IMG/VR virus record: IMGVR_UViG_3300033149_001822
Location: 1-55,794 of that record
DNA from: a virus
Taxonomy: Duplodnaviria; Caudoviricetes
DNA: 55,794 nt
Strand: one strand, 5' to 3'
The notes beneath the pieces are model-generated. The model had not been told where the DNA came from. It did not search any database and saw nothing but the letters and a program-made list of their open reading frames with translations. The stretch's first letter is position 1. Each line of letters begins with the position of its first letter. A program made the translations under genes and the position numbers. Positions 8,847-17,953 of the stretch are shown here, piece by piece.

Positions 8847-9394
8847 TGAAATACATTATCCTGTTCAAGGGCAAGGAGAGATGCTTTTTCAGTGGCTTTT
8901 TTACAATATGTTTTGTAGACACCACATTAAACGACGGCATGTGTGGGTGGAGGCCAGAGTTCGCTAGACATCAAAGAAAAGTTCAGAAGTTTGATAACAA
9001 GGAATTGGCTTTAAAAGGGATTGAGGATATGCCGCTTGATATTGCTCCTATGTGCGAGGTACATGAGTATCCCTATGAGCACAAGTTCAAGCATGTCGGT
9101 TTGTTCACAGTTTCGTTTTGGAAGCACACTATAGACGATGGAATAAGCGTGATTGATCCTATGTTCTCATGTGCCGGTTGTTTCCAGGATGGTATGGGAT
9201 ATGTTGACCCCAAGCAGATCCGTGTTCCTGAGGGCTGGCATCTCTGCCGGGATGCTAAGGTCCGTTGTAAGGTGTGCAATGAGAAGTATGAGAGTGACTA
9301 CTATAGGGACAAAGAGAAAAAGGGTTGGGCTGAAGATGCAAAAAAGAGGTCTGTAACATTTCTCAATTCGTTACGGAATCAAAGAGGAGGGTGA
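8846..9394 (+). CDS. Hypothetical protein with zinc finger
   Basis: CAGC...CKVC; coupled start. Confidence 0.6.
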   Translation: MKYIILFKGKERCFFSGFFTICFVDTTLNDGMCGWRPEFARHQRKVQKFDNKELALKGIEDMPLDIAPMCEVHEYPYEHKFKHVGLFTVSFWKHTIDDGISVIDPMFSCAGCFQDGMGYVDPKQIRVPEGWHLCRDAKVRCKVCNEKYESDYYRDKEKKGWAEDAKKRSVTFLNSLRNQRGG

Positions 9395-9518
9395 GTGATG
9401 GACGAGAAAGAGAAGAGTGAGATGTTTTGAATAAATCAGGAAGACTTGGTGATGCAAAGCTTGTCGAGACTAGTGTTTTTATACCTGGAACGAATATAAT
9501 TTGTGATGAGGAGGAATA

Positions 9519-9722
9519 ATGGTATCACCTACATATCCAATGTATTTGACACTGAAAGAGTGGAAGTTATTGCTTTCTTCGATGTCTGTTCTTATGCACA
9601 TGGAGAATGTGCACATGGATGGCAAGTCTACCATTGAATCTATAGCTAAAGAAGGGGAACAGATTAGAAAACTTAAAAAGGAAATCAAAGAGAGTATTGT
9701 AGCATGGGAGAGGGGTGAGTAA
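9519..9722 (+). CDS. Hypothetical protein
   Basis: GAGGAGG RBS. Confidence 0.55.
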   Translation: MVSPTYPMYLTLKEWKLLLSSMSVLMHMENVHMDGKSTIESIAKEGEQIRKLKKEIKESIVAWERGE

Positions 9723-9865
9723 TGGGTAAGAGTGAAATAAAAAAGCGTTATCAAGAAATAGGATTATCGATTGTTAGGGAAAGCAATTGGCAGATTATCT
9801 TGGTAACTGCTCTGCTGGTTGGCATGATACTGTGTTCCTTTCTATTCGACTGTGGGGTGAGATGA
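9722..9865 (+). CDS. Small membrane protein (47 aa), not in the ORF track
   Basis: MGKSEIKKRY...IILVTALLVGMILCSFLF; coupled at both ends. Confidence 0.45.
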   Translation: MGKSEIKKRYQEIGLSIVRESNWQIILVTALLVGMILCSFLFDCGVR

Positions 9866-10077
9866 TGGGTAAAGTTACAATTGATGATGTTGTTTTCGTT
9901 AGGCCGACTGATGATGGTTTTAAGAAGAGGGGTATGGCGTTCATTGAGAGGCTCAGGCAAATCAACAAGAATTATGGCACCTACGACGAGAAGCGCGAAA
10001 GGATGTACAAGCAGTTCGAGAAGGCCACAAAGGGTGAGGACGTTGAGTTGACTTTCGAGGAGGATGAGGAGGAGTAA
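9862..10077 (+). CDS. Hypothetical protein
   Basis: GGGGTGA RBS; acidic C-terminus. Confidence 0.55.
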   Translation: MMGKVTIDDVVFVRPTDDGFKKRGMAFIERLRQINKNYGTYDEKRERMYKQFEKATKGEDVELTFEEDEEE

Positions 10078-10434
10078 ATGAAAAGACTGTTATTGATACT
10101 GTGGATTGTTCTACAGGGTTGTGGAGCAGGAGACAAAACGGAAGGCAATGACTTTGACCTGTTCACTGAGTACTACGCTGAGTGTATTCGATACTGTGAG
10201 GCAGACATTGAGTGGTTGGACGCTTGCGGGTACACTCCATACGACGTCGAGGACTGTGTGAGGCAGGCCTGGGACGATGGATGTGGTAATTGGTGGTGTG
10301 TTGAGAGGATCGTGTGGATTGATGGGATAAACTATGCCACCGAGATAGCCGCTGGCAACAGGGAGCAGATGTGTACAAGCTATGACAGCAGGACAGGCAT
10401 GAAGCTCCCACAGACTGAGTTATATTGTCATTGA
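10078..10434 (+). CDS. Cys-rich lipoprotein
   Basis: MKRLLLILWIVLQG|C lipobox-type signal; several further Cys. Confidence 0.7.
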   Translation: MKRLLLILWIVLQGCGAGDKTEGNDFDLFTEYYAECIRYCEADIEWLDACGYTPYDVEDCVRQAWDDGCGNWWCVERIVWIDGINYATEIAAGNREQMCTSYDSRTGMKLPQTELYCH

Positions 10435-10442
10435 GGTGAGTG

Positions 10443-10673
10443 ATGGCTAAACCACTTTTCAGAAAGGTTCCACATTTCAAACGTACAATGAAACAACGTA
10501 AGCATAAAGCGTTCTCCGTAATATTCGAAGGTATAGATTGTACGAATGACGAACTTTACGAGATACAGATGGCTTTGTTGAGCGCACAGACAGAACGTAT
10601 AAACGAGCAATATCGTAAAGATTTGAAAGCCGGAAAAATTTTTGATGATTTGGACAGGCCACATTATGGGTAG
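10443..10673 (+). CDS. Hypothetical protein
   Basis: GAGGTGA RBS. Confidence 0.5.
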   Translation: MAKPLFRKVPHFKRTMKQRKHKAFSVIFEGIDCTNDELYEIQMALLSAQTERINEQYRKDLKAGKIFDDLDRPHYG

Positions 10674-10679
10674 GAAGAA

Positions 10680-10997
10680 ATGTTCGGCAGAAAAAACAAA
10701 ACAAAGATAGTCTTGTCCAAGGGTGACTCGGCCATAGTGGTCCGTGCTAATAAGGGTATAGAGTTACATGTTGACAAGCCTGAGAGCGAGGAGGATGACC
10801 TTAGCTACTCTAGCAATATGATTGCAGTGCTTGGAATGGCCGTTGCAGACCAGAAGGCGATGGACCTGCTGAACGGCAGGTTCGATGAGCTACTCATGAG
10901 CAAGACTGTCGAGGAAAGGCTTAGTCAGAAGGCAATAGATGAGGAAGAGTTGGATGAACATTCAGATGATGTACATGATTTCAAAAAGATGTATTGA
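10680..10997 (+). CDS. Hypothetical protein
   Basis: Tight packing; plausible protein. Confidence 0.6.
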   Translation: MFGRKNKTKIVLSKGDSAIVVRANKGIELHVDKPESEEDDLSYSSNMIAVLGMAVADQKAMDLLNGRFDELLMSKTVEERLSQKAIDEEELDEHSDDVHDFKKMY

Positions 10998-11009
10998 AAG
11001 GAGATTGTC

Positions 11010-11342
11010 ATGAAATTGAAATGGGAACAAGACTCAATAGATAATCCTGACCTGCACCATCTGATGGAGGAGTACCCAGAGGCAACTGTCCCGGACTTTG
11101 ATCCAGGTTGGGCACCTGTTGGCAGGGTGGAGCCAGGCAGACCGTCTAGGATATTCGGACAGTTCTGGTATGCCGTGCTCTATGGTTCACCTTCCACGAC
11201 AGGTCATTTTTTCGACAACGAGAAGCTCAATAGTAAGGGTTTTGACGATGCCAGGGAATGGCTTGAGGAAAAGTATAACGAGGCTGAAGAAAGAGGAGAA
11301 TATGACCACTCTCCTGTGAACCGTTCGTCGAAGGAAGATTGA
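11010..11342 (+). CDS. Hypothetical protein
   Basis: AAGGAG RBS. Confidence 0.6.
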   Translation: MKLKWEQDSIDNPDLHHLMEEYPEATVPDFDPGWAPVGRVEPGRPSRIFGQFWYAVLYGSPSTTGHFFDNEKLNSKGFDDAREWLEEKYNEAEERGEYDHSPVNRSSKED

Positions 11343-11344
11343 TT

Positions 11345-11363
11345 AGTTTAACAGTGTTAAAGT
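11345..11363. promoter_or_regulatory. Conserved palindrome, copy 3 (AGTTTAAC-AGT-GTTAAAGT)
   Basis: Motif match, extended by GATTA/TAATC; upstream of terL. Confidence 0.7.
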
Positions 11364-11377
11364 AATCTTAGAAACCA

Positions 11378-11517
11378 GTCCCCCCGACAGAGTAGCGATG
11401 ATACACATCGTGAAATGTTGAAGCAGGTGTCGTACCTTCACAGGGTGGTGGGACAGCAGATCAGATGAGTGTCTTTCATGAGGGACACTCGAAGGAAATC
11501 CTATAGGTGTGATCTGT
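11378..11517 (+). ncRNA. Candidate structured RNA or leader upstream of terL
   Basis: Five or more nested stems in a 230-nt gap with no credible + strand ORF. Confidence 0.4.
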
Positions 11518-11572
11518 TCCTGTGTAAATGCGGCCATAGTGATAGCCAGTTGTTCATCGTTGAGAGTGTTGT

Positions 11573-13735
11573 GTGGCAAGAAAACTAGCAACAAAGAAGT
11601 TAGATTCAAAGTCAAGACGGACCTGCCTCAGTTCAGTGTCCAACAAGATACGCTCGCATGTTAGTATCCTTCGTGAGCGTCGGTCTACAGAGGAAGACGA
11701 AGAGAGATCGGAACAACTTCGCAGGGAACTTTCCAAGCGCGACCGCGTGCCCTTAAAGCCAGCAGAGTGGATAGAGAACGAGTATTTCTGTGGACCCCTC
11801 GCCCGAGATATGTTCGACGTGCTCAAGGAAGAGTTTATCGATATATATGAGCGGAACATATTCGAAGTTGTCATGGGTGGTAGTATAGGTTGGGGAAAAA
11901 CTACTATGTCCACTGCTCTCCAGCTTTACAGTTTGTACCTTCTCACCTGCTATGGTATCCCACAGTTTGCGTTCAAGAGGATGATGGAGACAGCGCAGAT
12001 TCTCTACATGAACCTGAATGTCAAGAAGGAGAAGGCTTTCAACTCCTACTTCAAGGACATTGACAAACTCATAAAGGCCACCCCGTATTTCCAGAAGGAT
12101 TTTGCCCCACAGAAGGGTCTTGTTCATGAGATTCGCTTTCCGCAGAAGGGCATAATTTCGAAGTACAGTGGTGCGACAAAAACCGCAGCAGAGTCCGAGC
12201 ATCTAATCTTCCTAGTCCTCGACGAAGTGAACCTCTACGACAAGGTAAAAAAGAGTAGGCGCTCCACAAGGGGCGACGAGGAGTATGACGCCGCCGAGGT
12301 CGTATACACCTCGGGCAGACGTAGGATGCAAAGTAGGTTCATGGCCCCGGATGGCTCCATGCCTTTACCGGCAAAACTTATCACATTGTGTAAGGAAACA
12401 TACAAGAAAAGTTTTATACGCAACCGCATGAAGGAGGTTAGGAAGCTAGGGCTTGAGGCCAAGAACAAAGTTAAGATAATGGAGTACACGGAGTGGGACA
12501 CCAGGCCACCGGGCACGTATGAGAAGAAGTACTTTTGGGTCAGGACAGGCAATCGCACCGAGAGTCCACGCATCATCTTGACGAAGAAGACTGCTGATAT
12601 TGAATTAAAGGCTCTTGAGAAGCTGAGAAAGGTTCCAGGAGTGAATGAGGACGAGCTGTACGATGTCAAACGATGTCCGTTGGCTGGAGGGGAGTTCCTA
12701 GACTCTGCTCGTAAAAATCTGCCGGACTTCATACGCGACACTTTAGGATTGCCGACGGAGGCGCTTACCATGTTCATGGAGAGAAGAGAACCGATTTTCG
12801 AAGCTGTCAGGGAACCTAATCAAGCGTGCCGCGATCACACTAGGATAGACTTTCGCTCCGAGGTCTGCGAGCATCCGTTCAGCGAGATAAACACTAATTT
12901 CTACGATGGTGTTTTCCTGAAGGCTGATATGCTCTGCGATGACGTTGCCGTGATGGACGACGACGGGAAGCCACTGAAGGACGACGAGGGCAAGATCATG
13001 TACCACAAGCGCCCGATGATTAATCCGTCTGCTAGGAGGTTCGCGCACATCGACACAGGTCTGACGAATGACCCTTGTGGGATAGCGGTTGGGCATATGG
13101 CGGGATGGCGGGAGGTAGTCAGGATGATTGAGGGTGGCGCTGTCGTGACGGAGCGTGCGCCGTTCATTTGGTACGATCTCCTATTGCAGGTAGTTCCTCC
13201 GCCTGGTGGTGAGATACCTTTTGCTGGTATTCGTGGCCTACTGTACTCTCTCAAGAAGTTTGGGTTCAACTTTAAACTGGTCAGTTTGGACAGTTACCAG
13301 TCGAGGGACTTCATTCAGATAATGGAGCGCAAGAAGTTCCGCTGTGCTCTTGTCAGCATAGACGAGACTACTACACCTTACGACCGGCTCAAGGCCGCTT
13401 ACATGGAGGGACGTATCAGTGCATATGCCTACGAGCCTGTGGAGGTTGAGTTGGTCGAGCTTGAGAGAATGTACACAGGAGAGATAAGGGGAGGGAGGGC
13501 AATAGAAAAAGTGGACCACCCCCCTCATGGGACAAAGGATATTGCAGATGCGATGGCAGGGGTGGCAGACGCGATTGAGAATTATGCGGCCACGATGACG
13601 ACAACGATTATACCGGAGAAGGCAAGAGAAAGGATCAAGCCTAGACACGAGAGGGAGTATGAGAAGGCTGAAATGTTTCACAGCGGGGATTGGGAGTCGT
13701 TGGAAGAATATATGCGTAAGGAGGAAGAGAGATGA
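11573..13735 (+). CDS. terL: Terminase large subunit
   Basis: Walker A GGSIGWGKT, Walker B LVLDE, nuclease AHIDTG, DSYQS, DHPPHGTKDIADA. Confidence 0.93.
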   Translation: MARKLATKKLDSKSRRTCLSSVSNKIRSHVSILRERRSTEEDEERSEQLRRELSKRDRVPLKPAEWIENEYFCGPLARDMFDVLKEEFIDIYERNIFEVVMGGSIGWGKTTMSTALQLYSLYLLTCYGIPQFAFKRMMETAQILYMNLNVKKEKAFNSYFKDIDKLIKATPYFQKDFAPQKGLVHEIRFPQKGIISKYSGATKTAAESEHLIFLVLDEVNLYDKVKKSRRSTRGDEEYDAAEVVYTSGRRRMQSRFMAPDGSMPLPAKLITLCKETYKKSFIRNRMKEVRKLGLEAKNKVKIMEYTEWDTRPPGTYEKKYFWVRTGNRTESPRIILTKKTADIELKALEKLRKVPGVNEDELYDVKRCPLAGGEFLDSARKNLPDFIRDTLGLPTEALTMFMERREPIFEAVREPNQACRDHTRIDFRSEVCEHPFSEINTNFYDGVFLKADMLCDDVAVMDDDGKPLKDDEGKIMYHKRPMINPSARRFAHIDTGLTNDPCGIAVGHMAGWREVVRMIEGGAVVTERAPFIWYDLLLQVVPPPGGEIPFAGIRGLLYSLKKFGFNFKLVSLDSYQSRDFIQIMERKKFRCALVSIDETTTPYDRLKAAYMEGRISAYAYEPVEVELVELERMYTGEIRGGRAIEKVDHPPHGTKDIADAMAGVADAIENYAATMTTTIIPEKARERIKPRHEREYEKAEMFHSGDWESLEEYMRKEEER

Positions 13736-14061
13736 TCAGACTAAAAATACTTTCATTCACGTTGGCGGTTCTGTCGATGCTCATGTGTGCATACGTTGTC
13801 CATGTGAAGGCCATGTTGGACGGTGAGCGAATTGTCAGAGTGACGCTGAACGAGAACATGGAGTTGAAGGAGAGGTTAATACGGTTGCTTGAGCTGCACC
13901 AGGCCAAGACGACGGAGCTTTTCCATATTAAGGTAAGGTTGGGGGAGGCATACCGTTCGACACTCTATAACTTGGTGGATGACCTTGGTTTGGACAGCAG
14001 GCCCAATGCAGCCACTATCATGCTCAGGAGGTTCGAGGGAGTAGGTGGGCCAGGAGGCTAG
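13732..14061 (+). CDS. Membrane-anchored coiled-coil protein
   Basis: N-terminal TM helix then heptad region. Confidence 0.55.
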   Translation: MIRLKILSFTLAVLSMLMCAYVVHVKAMLDGERIVRVTLNENMELKERLIRLLELHQAKTTELFHIKVRLGEAYRSTLYNLVDDLGLDSRPNAATIMLRRFEGVGGPGG

Positions 14062-14083
14062 ACACACGGTTGACGTGTGTACA

Positions 14084-14192
14084 GTAGGTAAGCGATAAGG
14101 TCCTTGCCTACCGTATCGCCTCCTGTTTTCGTTTTGGCGTCGTTCACTGTTTGGAAATATTTCGGTGGACGACGCCACTATTTTACAAGGAG
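14084..14192 (+). promoter_or_regulatory. Structured leader or terminator (possible pseudoknot plus 15-bp hairpin)
   Basis: Stems 14084-14092/14103-14111 and 14135-14149/14163-14177. Confidence 0.45.
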
Positions 14193-14199
14193 AGTTAGG

Positions 14200-14388
14200 A
14201 TGGACAGGGCAAGAGAGCAGATGGAATATAAGACGGTTACGAAGTTGTCAGATGAGAGTGAAAGTGATTTGTTCAATCGAATGGAAAAAGATGGTTGGAG
14301 ATTGCATATTGTAATTGATACTGCACCACAGAAATATACTTTCAGCAGACCGGACAGAACAAAGGCAAGAGTTCTAACAGAAGCATAA
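14200..14388 (+). CDS. Small DUF4177-like protein
   Basis: AAGGAG RBS; MEYK...FNRMEKDGWRL...YTFSR. Confidence 0.5.
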   Translation: MDRAREQMEYKTVTKLSDESESDLFNRMEKDGWRLHIVIDTAPQKYTFSRPDRTKARVLTEA

Positions 14389-14408
14389 ACAGGAACAGGA
14401 GAAAGAAA

Positions 14409-15119
14409 ATGGAAGATAAAGGCAAATCAGAAGAAGGTGAAGTGTTTACAGAGAATACAATTGAAATTGCAAAGAAGTTGGATGAGTTAAACAAAAAGAA
14501 TCAGGAGCAAGAAGGTAAAGTTGTAAAACGGAGTTATACAGATGAAGAAACTGAAGAAAAAGTAAAAGAGAGCAAAGAGAGCAAAGAGAGCATTGACATT
14601 TTGAAAGAAGCTTTCGAGAAGAATGACGGCACTGTTAAACCCATTCTTGAAACAATCAAAAATGACCTTGAAAAGTTAACCGATGAAGAGTTCGACTTCA
14701 TACAGAAGCAATACGGCTTTGCCCTGAACAACAATGCGTGTCCTTGTGGTGCTCGCTGTGTAAACTTCGTTGACTGTTGCAAGCCAACCTGGACGGAGAT
14801 TCGCAGGAATTACGTTAGGGAATCCAAGCGTCAGATCAAACAGGTTAAACAGGTCAAGAAAAACATTGATGAGGCCATGGAGACAAGATGGATTGTCACC
14901 ATAGGCGTCCAGAGAAACGGTGACATAGCTTTCGAGGAGCCGAACAAGGACAAGAAGAACCCTATTGACCTGCGTGACATAGTTGATGTTCTGCGTCGGG
15001 CGACATTCCAGATGGAGACAGCACTCACTCTCAGGATGGTAAAGAAGCAGACTGAGACACAGATCGCTGAGGCTGCAATGAACGCGGGTAGGAAGAACAA
15101 GAGCAACATAATCATCTAA
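14409..15119 (+). CDS. Protein with a SEC-C-like metal-binding motif
   Basis: NNACPCGARCVNFVDCC resembles the SecA motif RNDPCPCGSGKKYKxCC. Confidence 0.6.
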   Translation: MEDKGKSEEGEVFTENTIEIAKKLDELNKKNQEQEGKVVKRSYTDEETEEKVKESKESKESIDILKEAFEKNDGTVKPILETIKNDLEKLTDEEFDFIQKQYGFALNNNACPCGARCVNFVDCCKPTWTEIRRNYVRESKRQIKQVKQVKKNIDEAMETRWIVTIGVQRNGDIAFEEPNKDKKNPIDLRDIVDVLRRATFQMETALTLRMVKKQTETQIAEAAMNAGRKNKSNIII

Positions 15120-15130
15120 TCGGAGGTGTT

Positions 15131-17953
15131 GTGGTGAGGAAGTCCAAGAGACAGCGAAAGCGAGCAGCATTAGAGATCGTAAAGGACAAATACCCGGTAG
15201 CCCTGTTCGAGAACGATGATGGTAATGTCGAGCACCGTGCCATGGTCCCGATGACTGAGGCTGTTACCTTGGCAGACGACGCCAGGAAATTTGGACTGAT
15301 AGCTCGCGTCAGTGCTGCTGTGCGCGGTTGGTTCCGTCCCAGGACTTCCGCTGCTGATGATGTGGGTACGACCGACCTGGGAAGCACAGCCTCAGCTATC
15401 ACTGTAGGAAATGGTTTCTTCACGTCCAACATGCACAAGTTTTCCAAGGAGGAGAATACCCGCAAGGCGAAGTACACTGACTACATGAAGATAGACGAGG
15501 AGTGTACCGAGCTTACTCGCGCATTATCAGTCACTGTGTCTAACGTGTTCACGGCTAAGGATGGTGATGAGGGTTCTTACAAGATAAAGAGCCAGGATGA
15601 GCGGGTAGTTAAGATCATAGAGGATGTTGACCAGCGTACTGAAATGCAGACAGAGCTTCCCGGTGTCTGCCGCAGTATGTTGAGGTTGGGTGACGATTTC
15701 GAGGAGATAGTTGTTGACCAGGCGCTGTCAGTCATTCGCATAAAATGGCTCAATCAGAAGTACATGTACCGCAGGGAGGATGAGTTTGGAAGGCTACAGG
15801 AGAAGGGAGCCTTTGAGATGCGTTCCGAGGACGACCACCAGATCGCGAGCTTTGAGCCGTGGCAGGTCGTCCACCTGAGGTACGATCACCAGCGAGGCGA
15901 TCTTTATGGTCGCTCGTTTTTTTTCGCGGCCAGGAAGTCATGGCGTTTGTTACAGATGATGGAAGACGGTGTGGTGATGGGTCGGCTGGTTCGTTCAGTT
16001 GACAGGCTGGTTTACTACATACCCGCCGAGGAGGGGGCAGACGAAGTTGAAGCTAACAGGGTTCTGACGAAGGCCAAGAACGCCTTGAAGCGTAAGAGTT
16101 CTGTTGACCCGACCACGGGAAAGCTGGACACTACCAAGTCTGTCATGGCCGACGATGAGGACATTTTTGTCATTACTAGCAAGGACAATCCTGCAAAGGT
16201 AGAGAGGCTTCCTGCTTCCAACGTTACAGGCAACTTGAGTGACGTCGAGTATTTCCAAAACAAGATGTGTATGTCAACACCTGTTCCTAAAAGTTACTTA
16301 GGTCTTGAGCGTGATGTGAATTGTTTATCTTTGAGGACGAAGATACCTTGTCTCGATGGGAAGACAAGAACATTGGGTGACATAATAAACGAGTACAACA
16401 GGACAGGTAAATTGCCTTATGTGTATTCGTGGGACAAAGAGACAAACAAGATTGTTCCAGGTGAGGTTACTTGGGCAGGTGTCACGAGGAGAAACGCTAG
16501 GGTTGTCGAGGTCGAGCTTGACGACGGGTCAAAATGTGAATGTACACCTGAGCATCTATGGTTTGACATAGATGGGAATGAGGTCAGGGCAGACGATTTG
16601 ACAAGTGGCATGCAGCTTCTTCCGTTGAGGAGAAAAGTACTAACATCAAAAAGCTACAACGGCTACGAGAGATTATACGATCCTAGGGGTGGCACGTGCC
16701 TGACGCACATCAGAGTTGCTGAGAGTATTTATCAACGGGAACTAAAGTCGTTGGTCAGACCAAATGTGCATCACAGTGATAGAGACAAGCGAAACAACGA
16801 TCCCAGGAACCTTGACCCGTGTGAGTACGAGGAGCACATGCGTAAACATGAGGTTGATAGGTTCATAACTCTGTCCGATTTTCGCAAGGGAAATGATGTT
16901 TGGAACAAGGGATTGACAAAGGATAGCAAAGATCCCATGGCTTCGAGGCTTAGGCAAACTACGTATCTGCATAAGCTTTGTCTTGTATGTGGAAAGGCAT
17001 TCATTGTTCCATTGTCCAAGAAAAAGAAGTTGGTTTGTTCAACTGTATGTGCTGGTGTTCGAAGTGGGGAGGCCAGGGACAAGTCTGTATGGATTGATTG
17101 CTTGAATTGTGGTGTGAAGGTTCGCGTAGTGGGATCACGCATAGGCAGGACAAAGTTTTGTTCAAAGGAGTGTAAACGCGAACATTATAAGAACGAGAAG
17201 AACAGAGAAATGCGATTCTGTGAGTTTTGTGGAACTGATTTCCTGGTCATACATTCTAGCAAGAGAAGGTTCTGTTGCAAGAAATGTTCCAATACGTACT
17301 CCAATAAGTTGAGGGCAGGACTTGTTCCCGTGCCTAACCATCGTGTTAAGGCGATCAGATTAATAAAGAATAGAAGGGTTGACACTGGTGACATAACTGT
17401 CAAACGTGTCAGCAATTTCTTTATTGCAGACGCTTCGAACGGTGGTGTCCTTGTACACAATTCTAAAGCGACCTTAAGTTGGCAGGACATCGAGTTTGCT
17501 AGGCAGCTCAGACACATTGTGAAGATAATGGCATGGTTCCAGCGGCAAGTGTATGACCTCCAGCTTCAGCTTGTTGGTATTGTTCCTAGCAAAGAGCTTT
17601 ATCAGATTGAGTATCCCCCAATTAGCTTTGTTGACGAAGAGTTGCGAATGACCATCGAGACATTGAAGTGGAACATAGCGGTCATTGCAAAGGGCATGAA
17701 TATTCCACTCGAATGGATACTTCAGCACATTGTTGGTTTGTCCGAGGAGGACACACAAGACCTGGTGGTTACCATTGAGCCGGAAGTCCCGCAGCAAGGT
17801 GCTCCCCCGCAGCAGGTTCCTAATCCGAACGATGCGATAAACGTCAGGAAGGCTGTTGTAAAGGACGCCAAGCTCGCGGCTAGCATACGTGAGTTGAAGG
17901 ATATGATCCATGCCATACAGGAAGACCGGCTGAATGTTGCCGTGAGGTTCTAA
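15131..17953 (+). CDS. Portal protein (T4 gp20-like) containing an intein
   Basis: YGRSFF..ARKSWRLLQMMEDGVV..RLVR..DRLVYYI; DVEYFQNK...VPKSYLG; ATLSWQDIEFAR resumes after the intein. Confidence 0.9.
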   Translation: MVRKSKRQRKRAALEIVKDKYPVALFENDDGNVEHRAMVPMTEAVTLADDARKFGLIARVSAAVRGWFRPRTSAADDVGTTDLGSTASAITVGNGFFTSNMHKFSKEENTRKAKYTDYMKIDEECTELTRALSVTVSNVFTAKDGDEGSYKIKSQDERVVKIIEDVDQRTEMQTELPGVCRSMLRLGDDFEEIVVDQALSVIRIKWLNQKYMYRREDEFGRLQEKGAFEMRSEDDHQIASFEPWQVVHLRYDHQRGDLYGRSFFFAARKSWRLLQMMEDGVVMGRLVRSVDRLVYYIPAEEGADEVEANRVLTKAKNALKRKSSVDPTTGKLDTTKSVMADDEDIFVITSKDNPAKVERLPASNVTGNLSDVEYFQNKMCMSTPVPKSYLGLERDVNCLSLRTKIPCLDGKTRTLGDIINEYNRTGKLPYVYSWDKETNKIVPGEVTWAGVTRRNARVVEVELDDGSKCECTPEHLWFDIDGNEVRADDLTSGMQLLPLRRKVLTSKSYNGYERLYDPRGGTCLTHIRVAESIYQRELKSLVRPNVHHSDRDKRNNDPRNLDPCEYEEHMRKHEVDRFITLSDFRKGNDVWNKGLTKDSKDPMASRLRQTTYLHKLCLVCGKAFIVPLSKKKKLVCSTVCAGVRSGEARDKSVWIDCLNCGVKVRVVGSRIGRTKFCSKECKREHYKNEKNREMRFCEFCGTDFLVIHSSKRRFCCKKCSNTYSNKLRAGLVPVPNHRVKAIRLIKNRRVDTGDITVKRVSNFFIADASNGGVLVHNSKATLSWQDIEFARQLRHIVKIMAWFQRQVYDLQLQLVGIVPSKELYQIEYPPISFVDEELRMTIETLKWNIAVIAKGMNIPLEWILQHIVGLSEEDTQDLVVTIEPEVPQQGAPPQQVPNPNDAINVRKAVVKDAKLAASIRELKDMIHAIQEDRLNVAVRF
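16322..17461 (+). mobile_element. Intein (380 aa) with HNH endonuclease and zinc fingers
   Basis: N|CLSLRTKIPCLDG, block B CTPEH, end VLVHN|S; internal VHH.DRDKRNN..NL. Confidence 0.92.

Noticed and set aside
11462-11500. Hammerhead ribozyme (CAGATGA-stem-GAAG)
   Set aside because: The core deviates from CUGANGA/GAAA and the stem register does not fit.
13732-14061. i-spanin
   Set aside because: TM plus coiled coil fits, but no adjacent or embedded o-spanin or endolysin was recognised.
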